A DNA stretch of 64,000 nucleotides from a virus (Duplodnaviria > Caudoviricetes). The translations under genes were made by a program, and so were the position numbers. The stretch is from IMG/VR virus record IMGVR_UViG_3300024493_000235, positions 160,001-224,000 of that record. One strand, written 5' to 3'. Below are positions 57,360 through 64,000 of this stretch, one piece after another. The notes below the pieces were generated by a model. The model did no database searches. It saw only the letters and a list, made by a program, of their open reading frames with translations, and was not told the origin of the DNA. Position 1 is the first letter of the stretch, and each line of letters begins with the position of its first letter.

Positions 57360-58523
57360 ATGAAAAGCTTGGATGATTATATTCCAAAAATCCCTATGGG
57401 TCTTGATGACAACGTTATTGATGTAGAAGACAATATTTCATACGAGATTGTCAACGCCCTTTCTGAATTACATTGTACAACATCGGATTTGTTACAAACA
57501 GAATCCGAACTGGTTTTAAGATATATTTCAGACGAATATGGTATATCGTTTGAAAATGTCGATGCGGATATCGGCATACAAATAGGGATAAAGCCTTCAA
57601 GAGATCCGCATACAGGAACACCGAATGTCCTTGATGTCAAAATCAATTCAAGGGTCGGATTCTTTGAGTCTTTGGCAAAAAAGATGCGGGATTTGGCGCT
57701 ACGAGTTGCAACCGCTATTCGTAACTTTTTTGTATCAATCCATCATTTTTTTCAATCCAAAATTAGCAAAGTGGACAATATGCTTTTACATGCTAATTTT
57801 TCTATCGTTGATAAATATTACAGCGATACATCAAAATCTTGTAAGATAAAACTTACAAAGTATATGATAAATGATCCTATTGCTGAATACAAAAAAGATC
57901 AAGACGTATTGCGTCTTGCAGTTCCAAGATTAAAAGATGCAATTATTACCCTTGTTGATCATATCGAAAATCCTATTACACTGCAAGAAAAAACTGGAAG
58001 TAAAAGTGATATGTACGTCACATACCAAAGAGACAGGGATGAAATCCAAACTCTATTTGATGAAATCTTTGGAAAGCTTGCAGGGCCTCACGTTAATCTC
58101 GAAATGATTCATGAAATGAATATCGCACGTGTTATTCGGCTTAAATACTTTGGAGATAAGAAAACCTCTGATATATTTGAAGTTCGAGATGTTATTCCAA
58201 ATAAAGAAGTATTTGATACCATAACTTCTGATAATGCGTATCATTCATTTAAGAATTTATTCAAACAATCCGATGAATGTCTTGAAATCGCATTGAAAGT
58301 CGCTAACAGGTTTAACAAAAGCCTCAGGATGATGTATAATTCTCCTTCGACTGTATATACAGAAATACAAGGAGTTATACTTAAATTTCGAGGTCTTCTT
58401 ACAGCTTTATTGTACACGAATATCGCATATTGGGAATTATATTTTTCAATACGACAGAATGCTTTGGCAGCCCTTCGTGCAATCATAAGAGACGATGTTG
58501 AAAAACAAGTTTCAAACAAATAA
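57360..58523 (+). CDS. probable internal head protein
   Basis: ISFE motif after an acidic N-terminal region, then an amphipathic helix typical of phiKZ-like head proteins. Confidence 0.45.
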   Translation: MKSLDDYIPKIPMGLDDNVIDVEDNISYEIVNALSELHCTTSDLLQTESELVLRYISDEYGISFENVDADIGIQIGIKPSRDPHTGTPNVLDVKINSRVGFFESLAKKMRDLALRVATAIRNFFVSIHHFFQSKISKVDNMLLHANFSIVDKYYSDTSKSCKIKLTKYMINDPIAEYKKDQDVLRLAVPRLKDAIITLVDHIENPITLQEKTGSKSDMYVTYQRDRDEIQTLFDEIFGKLAGPHVNLEMIHEMNIARVIRLKYFGDKKTSDIFEVRDVIPNKEVFDTITSDNAYHSFKNLFKQSDECLEIALKVANRFNKSLRMMYNSPSTVYTEIQGVILKFRGLLTALLYTNIAYWELYFSIRQNALAALRAIIRDDVEKQVSNK

Positions 58524-58536
58524 AGACAAAGAAAAT

Positions 58537-58568
58537 AATGCAGGGTGGCTAACAGCCACCCTGCATTA
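58537..58568. terminator. terminator hairpin
   Basis: TAATGCAGGGTGGCT-AAC-AGCCACCCTGCATTA. Confidence 0.7.
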
Positions 58569-58645
58569 AAGAGGTGATAATCTCTCCATATTATATCTCC
58601 CCAGGCCCAACCAACACATATGATTTAGGAGAGTCTATATATGGC

Positions 58646-59085
58646 AAAAATAAAAGCGGCAGGGGCAATCTGGCCCCTGCCGCCCGGCGGATCTGCAGCC
58701 CGATTCGGAATATAAATCCCGGACCGGTTTTCTTTAGTCTGCTAGATTGCGCCACTCTGAACCGCCGCGATTAAGCGGCAGTTAATAAAAATGACATGCA
58801 GGGCTTAGCATTGGCATGGCGTACCACATTATAATAGAGGCTTGCCGCCGCGGGAACAAGCCCGTGGCGGTGCATACTATAATGCGGGTTTTTAATCAGC
58901 GCCGGTTAGACGGGGTAACGGTTTTATCCATAATCCGCGGTAGTCGCCTTTGCATTTATCGCCCTACTGGGATGCCTTTTCCCGGATATTCTTTGGGAAG
59001 CGCGGCAGCTTTCCGCGCGACCTTTATCCCGGATCGCCGTTGCTAGCAAACGACAAGGCATTTTACATGGAACATGTCATCTTCA
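58646..59085 (-). ncRNA. candidate ~435-nt structured non-coding RNA (RNA-2)
   Basis: GC-rich island with many hairpins. Minus-strand TATATATCAT promoter motif at 59103-59094; closing stem ATGACATG/CATGTCAT (59080/58791); minus-strand terminator GCGGCAGGGGC...GCCCCTGCCGC plus T tract. Confidence 0.65.
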
Positions 59086-59130
59086 CTACATAGATGATAT
59101 ATACGTAAAAACATTTTTGTTTCACGTATA

Positions 59131-59565
59131 TTATCCTGAAGCGTAACCGTTATTGAAAAACCAATTTGATATTGTACAAGCTATGATTGGACTTGTTTCA
59201 TGGTTTATAAAGTTTACAATAATCGGTGTACACCTTGGAACAATCGGATGCTCGATTTTCTTCGATTCATAAATGTGGATACGCATAGATTCATGCACGA
59301 TTTTACTCGGCGTTGTAAGCTGTATCAAGACTGTACAACCTATAAGTCTTGATTTGTCAAGATCACTTATTTCAGGTTTCATGATCTTTTTTGTCACGAC
59401 TCTTGTTTCATTCGAGTATCTTGTCATTGCGTATATAGTTGTTTCTCCCATTTGAAAAGCTTCGTTTGGGATATTAGTAATACGATCCGCCAAGTGTTTG
59501 ACTGGATCCGGCTTATAAAAGTCGTGACTTGTAAGAATTTTGCATTGTGTCATTATTGGGTTCAT
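59131..59565 (-). CDS. hypothetical protein
   Basis: 144 aa. Confidence 0.55.
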   Translation of the reverse strand: MNPIMTQCKILTSHDFYKPDPVKHLADRITNIPNEAFQMGETTIYAMTRYSNETRVVTKKIMKPEISDLDKSRLIGCTVLIQLTTPSKIVHESMRIHIYESKKIEHPIVPRCTPIIVNFINHETSPIIACTISNWFFNNGYASG

Positions 59566-60335
59566 TGTCTTATATACCCTCGTATATCCTTGATATCGTG
59601 AAAGATATTTTCACGAGTTAGGAAATCTTTAGGAAGAATATCCTGCCAGCATGATTGTTCTGCTGTTAAACATCTTATATCATTAGGAGATATTTTCCAT
59701 CCTCCGTAAGTTCCATCTACATACAGTGGATTTATCATCATTTCCATGTCGCTTATAAGCACGTTCTCCGCAATTTCTCTTTTTGTTAGATCTGTTTCGG
59801 GATCGCCGTCAGCATCGTATAACGCATAATACATCACCATAGGGCATGATGCTATCATAAACGATTCATGTACAGCATTAAAGATTGCCTTACGTGCATA
59901 CATAGAGAATACCAAAGCTTTATTTTGGTTATCTTGAAGTTTTGTTCCGCTTGAGTATCCTGTCAATTTAAGAAGTGCGAATGCGCTACAAAAGACTGCA
60001 TAATATGCCTCTTGGATGAACGAGCATTTGAACGGTGTATGTATAACTTTATTGTATCTCTCTTCAAATGTTGAGCTCACTACATTTCGACGTAACTGTA
60101 TGGGGTTTATGTATATAGCTCCATGTTTACTGTCTTCAAGGTTGTTATTTGCATATGGAGATATTATAACAGGTTCAAGGTGTTGGTATTCCGATACGTC
60201 TCTTGTAATTTTTCTGTCCATGAGCATGTATATGGCGTTTGAGGCTGCCGTCACATACTGCTCCCAAAGTTTTGCTTGCTGAGAGTGCAATATTTCCATA
60301 CGTTTTCTCACATATTCATTTATGCTATAACGCAT
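59562..60335 (-). CDS. hypothetical protein (distant member of the tandem family)
   Basis: ISPY...AYYAVFCSAF. Confidence 0.6.
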   Translation of the reverse strand: MRYSINEYVRKRMEILHSQQAKLWEQYVTAASNAIYMLMDRKITRDVSEYQHLEPVIISPYANNNLEDSKHGAIYINPIQLRRNVVSSTFEERYNKVIHTPFKCSFIQEAYYAVFCSAFALLKLTGYSSGTKLQDNQNKALVFSMYARKAIFNAVHESFMIASCPMVMYYALYDADGDPETDLTKREIAENVLISDMEMMINPLYVDGTYGGWKISPNDIRCLTAEQSCWQDILPKDFLTRENIFHDIKDIRGYIRQ

Positions 60336-61038
60336 AATTAGAATCTATGGCGTCAGTTGACCTAGGTCTTGCCATCATTTTTAACTCCTCGATATATCCA
60401 GACATTTTATCGTCTAATACATCAAACTGTGTGGGATTATCTCTACATGCATATTTTAATTTTGTGAAATGCTCAATCCAAAAATCGTATATGATAAACA
60501 ATGAAGGCTGGTACCCTTCTGCTAAGAAGTTATTAAATGATCCTCCTGAGAACATCGGTCGCAAGATATCGTTTTCTATAAGAGAGAAGATGGCCTGCGA
60601 TTTATCTCCAACTTGAGGGTTAAGATATATCTGGGGCACTACAGAGTTTAAGAATTGATAGATGTATGCTTTCACTTCATGTATGAAGAACGTGATGCGA
60701 TTATAACTTAAATCGTTAACTTCTGACATCTCAGAACACCAAGCAGCACATAACATCGCAAAATATGCCTTCTGTAAGTTTGTCGCATTTTTATTTTTAT
60801 CTCTTATCGAAAGATACGTGCTTTTATAGTTCCTTCCTGTCGATATTCTGTACAAATACGTTTTAGGAATATGCGATAACCCACCAAAACTCGATCCGTC
60901 ATACTGAAGAAACGGAGATTCTATTATTCCTGTTACAACGATACTTCCGCCTAAATCAAGCATCACTTTACTATCAATGCACATGTACAATACTTTTGTA
61001 AGTTTTTCCATTATAGAATGGATCATCATTTGGTCCAT
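60325..61038 (-). CDS. hypothetical protein (distant member of the tandem family)
   Basis: ESPF...AYFAMLCAAW; AAGGAGG RBS. Confidence 0.6.
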   Translation of the reverse strand: MDQMMIHSIMEKLTKVLYMCIDSKVMLDLGGSIVVTGIIESPFLQYDGSSFGGLSHIPKTYLYRISTGRNYKSTYLSIRDKNKNATNLQKAYFAMLCAAWCSEMSEVNDLSYNRITFFIHEVKAYIYQFLNSVVPQIYLNPQVGDKSQAIFSLIENDILRPMFSGGSFNNFLAEGYQPSLFIIYDFWIEHFTKLKYACRDNPTQFDVLDDKMSGYIEELKMMARPRSTDAIDSNYAL

Positions 61039-61121
61039 ACAAGTGCCTCCTTTATAGTGATATTATATATAGTTATAACAAAAAATAAACATCACGGGAT
61101 TTATAGAAATTTCCCGTGATG

Positions 61122-61790
61122 TTAGTATGGAATATCGGTAGTTGGATTCTCATCTAGCACTTCTTTCATTCCTATACCAAAGGATCCGTAAATTCTTGAA
61201 AAACAGAGAATTTGATCGAACAATTCTTCTATAAACGAAGCTTGATCACAATGCTGCCCATACATTGAAAGAAGGGATTCGACTAAGAGATCCGCATTCG
61301 CGTTTAGACTATGCATACACCATGCAAGTTTGTTTCCATACTCCTTAATATTAGGGTGTATTTCAAACCATGCTTGTAGTATTGCAATATAGTATATCAT
61401 TGCAGCGTACGCATAAGCTTGCGCATCAAGATCTGTTCCATGTACTTGCTCATACGAGTGCATAAAGTTGTCGAATATGTTTTTCATCCTTGTTTCAAAA
61501 TCATCCGTGAAGGAAAGTCTTTGTATCGCTACGAACGTTGTGTTTAAAACAGGATTTTCTTTTAACAATTTTTCATGGAGTATTATATTCGGATCATTAA
61601 TAACTACGTCATTCGAACTCGGCACAACAAAACTTTCATAAGGGTTTTCAACCATTTGAAGATTGAACACCTTCGAATGATTTCTCTCTTTAGAGAATTT
61701 TGTTTTAATGTTATACCGTGTATCATTTAGGATAAAGTTTGTGATGTGTTCTACGACATATTGTTTATTGATCGTGGAATACGTCTCCAT
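61122..61790 (-). CDS. hypothetical protein (distant member of the tandem family)
   Basis: ENPY...AAMIYYIAILQAW. Confidence 0.6.
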   Translation of the reverse strand: METYSTINKQYVVEHITNFILNDTRYNIKTKFSKERNHSKVFNLQMVENPYESFVVPSSNDVVINDPNIILHEKLLKENPVLNTTFVAIQRLSFTDDFETRMKNIFDNFMHSYEQVHGTDLDAQAYAYAAMIYYIAILQAWFEIHPNIKEYGNKLAWCMHSLNANADLLVESLLSMYGQHCDQASFIEELFDQILCFSRIYGSFGIGMKEVLDENPTTDIPY

Positions 61791-62541
61791 ATCTATACCT
61801 TCCTTCACAGTAATAATCGACTAATTCTCTCATGTCGATAGGATTTGGATATACATGAACCATGTGTCCGGATTTTTGTACCGGATCCCAAATGCATCGA
61901 AAGATGATATCTTCGATATTTTCGTTTACAAAATCCGATGTTGCATAAGGTAAATTTCGCCACAAAAGCTCTTCATATAAGCCTTTTATTATTGCGAAAT
62001 GTGTAGCATGCTCATACATGTCTTTGTGATCTGAAAGTAGTTTATCAATCGGCGGAGATCCCGGTTGTGTATGTAGCTGTGTCCATGCGAGAACTACACA
62101 TGTGTAAAAACAGAATGCGTAGTATATCGAATCATCATATTTTGTCTTTTCCAAATTCTCAATTAAGAGATTATGAAAATTGATGAGGCCCAATTTTGCC
62201 TTATTCAGATGCGGTACGGGAATGTTAAACAATACGTTATCTTCAATGATGCTATTCCACCAGTCACGTACTTCTATACTACGATGCCTATTAACTCCAG
62301 GTGGATAGAATTCGTTGAAGTTTATAAAAGGAGATCGTATTACTGCACTTGAATACATTCCACATGTATCTTGAGTCCTATCTCCTCTTGAAAGAAAACC
62401 GGTACATACGACATCATGTAATGCATTACACACTATACCAGTATATTCACATATAATATCGTTAGAATAGCCGTCAAATAAAAGATAATCTGAAAATTCT
62501 TCAATGTAAAGTGCATTGTGCACCAAACTGATGTCTATCAT
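61765..62541 (-). CDS. hypothetical protein, close paralog of 62555-63349
   Basis: HLNKAKLG.I.F.N, IYYAF..Y...LAWT, IWDP...GHM.H.YP. Confidence 0.7.
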   Translation of the reverse strand: MIDISLVHNALYIEEFSDYLLFDGYSNDIICEYTGIVCNALHDVVCTGFLSRGDRTQDTCGMYSSAVIRSPFINFNEFYPPGVNRHRSIEVRDWWNSIIEDNVLFNIPVPHLNKAKLGLINFHNLLIENLEKTKYDDSIYYAFCFYTCVVLAWTQLHTQPGSPPIDKLLSDHKDMYEHATHFAIIKGLYEELLWRNLPYATSDFVNENIEDIIFRCIWDPVQKSGHMVHVYPNPIDMRELVDYYCEGRYRYGDVFHDQ

Positions 62542-62554
62542 GATTTTTCCCTTT

Positions 62555-63349
62555 TTAGTCATAGAACAAGTCTCCATATACATCACAACCTTCCATGTAG
62601 TAGTTTATGATTTCACGTATATTGGCAGGTTCTGGATAAATGTGCTTCATATGGCCCTCTTCTCTTATAGGGTTCCATATTTTCCGAATAATTACTTCTT
62701 CGATGTGTTTGTCAACAAAGTCTTCCGATGCCCATGTCATTGAATGCGCTTTTAACTCTTCAAGTAAAGCTTTTACAATAGAGAAGTACATAGCGTCCAT
62801 AAAGATAATTTTATAATCATGGGCGTACACAGCTTCTTGCTTTGTGTCTTTAACCCCATGCATACATGTCCAAGAAAATACAAGACCCATGTAGTACGTA
62901 AATGCATGATATATACTTTCATCACCGAATGACTCAGACAACGGTTCAAACAGAGAATTTTCGAAAGTTATATTCCCAAATTTAGCTCTGTTTAGATGCG
63001 TTATCGGCGTTTGAAATATAACACTGTTTTCAAGATATGTCCATGCATTTGATGCGTCCAACTGTGTGATAAAATCGTTACATTCTTTCATTCGAGTCGA
63101 TTCAAAATACCAAGAGTAATACGGCGATTTTATAATTTGTCCTTGAAACGGATTTTGTATAGATGCTTTATTTGCACTGCGAGTTCTCAATCCTGAATAT
63201 ATGATATCGTAAATTGTATTACACATTATACGAGAATAATCGAAGATTGTATCGGATATCGATTCTTCGCAAAGTCTTGAGTCATGAAATTCCTCACAGT
63301 CTAAACTATCGTGAATTTTATCATGTACATCACTTGTTATGAAGGCCAT
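62555..63349 (-). CDS. hypothetical protein, close paralog of 61765-62541
   Basis: HLNRAKFG.I.F.N, IYHAF..Y...FSWT, IWNP...GHM.H.YP. Confidence 0.7.
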   Translation of the reverse strand: MAFITSDVHDKIHDSLDCEEFHDSRLCEESISDTIFDYSRIMCNTIYDIIYSGLRTRSANKASIQNPFQGQIIKSPYYSWYFESTRMKECNDFITQLDASNAWTYLENSVIFQTPITHLNRAKFGNITFENSLFEPLSESFGDESIYHAFTYYMGLVFSWTCMHGVKDTKQEAVYAHDYKIIFMDAMYFSIVKALLEELKAHSMTWASEDFVDKHIEEVIIRKIWNPIREEGHMKHIYPEPANIREIINYYMEGCDVYGDLFYD

Positions 63350-63686
63350 GACGTTGATTCCTTTTTGATGTGCGAAAATGTTTACAAGATTGAATCCATT
63401 GTCCAATATCACGATGGTTATGCAATTTCAAAAGAATTGCGTTATCATTTGAAAGTATCTTTAATGTACAATCAATTTGCTCATTTATATTTCTTTTGAA
63501 ATACTCAAGTGTTGTTACGGACAAAGATGGAATATTAAAAAGATGAGTCTTTGTATATGAAAAGAACAAGAATTTTGTTTTAATAATAACTATATACGCA
63601 TCTTTATTTTCTTGCTCTGAAGTTGCATGTTTAAATGAAAGTAATATTCCTTTAAGATGTAAGTATTTTACTTTTTCTTTTTTCAT
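63330..63686 (-). CDS. hypothetical protein
   Basis: 118 aa, GAGG RBS. Confidence 0.5.
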   Translation of the reverse strand: MKKEKVKYLHLKGILLSFKHATSEQENKDAYIVIIKTKFLFFSYTKTHLFNIPSLSVTTLEYFKRNINEQIDCTLKILSNDNAILLKLHNHRDIGQWIQSCKHFRTSKRNQRHGLHNK

Positions 63687-63743
63687 AATATACCTCTGTA
63701 TTGCAAAAAATACCTGCCACAGAATGTGGCAGGATATTGTGTA

Positions 63744-64000
63744 TCAGTCTTTTAGAAGAGCTCCGCCTACCTTAAACAGGCAATTAAGCATTTTCCTATT
63801 GATACTTTTTCTTTCAACTGGGGTGTATACAATGTTAAAAGGATCATAGGCTTGTATAATTTGTGACACAAAAGCTTCTCTATTTTTAGCCGATGTAGAA
63901 TAAGCGGATAAAAATAGTGCTACGCTTTCGGGATCACACATCATACACAACACCATATTTTCTTGCTCTCCTGTTCGTATTGGTGTGTTGCTATACGGAA
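63744..64000 (-). CDS. hypothetical protein (possibly partial)
   Basis: ORF ends at 63744 before a terminator hairpin at ~63712-63733. Confidence 0.4.
   Translation of the reverse strand, partial: PYSNTPIRTGEQENMVLCMMCDPESVALFLSAYSTSAKNREAFVSQIIQAYDPFNIVYTPVERKSINRKMLNCLFKVGGALLKD

Noticed and set aside
58646-59085. Calling RNA-2 (or RNA-1) tmRNA, RNase P or SRP RNA
   Set aside because: No acceptor stem/T-arm/CCA, no GAGGAAAGUCC P4 motif, and no SRP GGAA-loop motif found by eye
1-64000. CRISPR array, tRNA genes or stop-codon recoding
   Set aside because: No regularly spaced repeats or cloverleafs noticed; long genes are intact in code 11 and all three stop codons are used

Overview
This window is a 64-kb segment of an AT-rich jumbo myophage genome of the phiKZ/AR9-like supergroup (standard genetic code, dense coding). 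Recognisable hallmark genes are: two split multisubunit RNA polymerase subunits (beta' with the DFDGD catalytic motif, and a beta C-terminal fragment), the N-terminal half of a split family-B DNA polymerase, a PhuZ/FtsZ-type tubulin, an SbcC/Rad50 ATPase, a primase, an HU protein, a probable portal, baseplate/tail proteins and a GroEL-like chaperonin. Nucleotide-supply genes are dUTPase, a class II RNR carrying a 131-aa mini-intein, purC and a uracil permease. Two promoter classes recur: AACA-N6-TA and TATA(C/T)AT(C/A)AT. The most unusual items are: (i) a ~740-aa protein at the chimallin-like position upstream of RNAP beta', with prion-like Q/G/P/Y- and FG-rich domains; (ii) two ~430-nt structured non-coding RNA candidates that appear to share an architecture; (iii) an unannotated -1 programmed frameshift extending a baseplate-hub/tail chaperone gene; (iv) a spanin-like gene pair whose outer component looks beta-strand-anchored; (v) a dispersed DUF4160-like family and a frameshifted BrnT-like gene. 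All calls come from reading motifs by eye; no searches were run.
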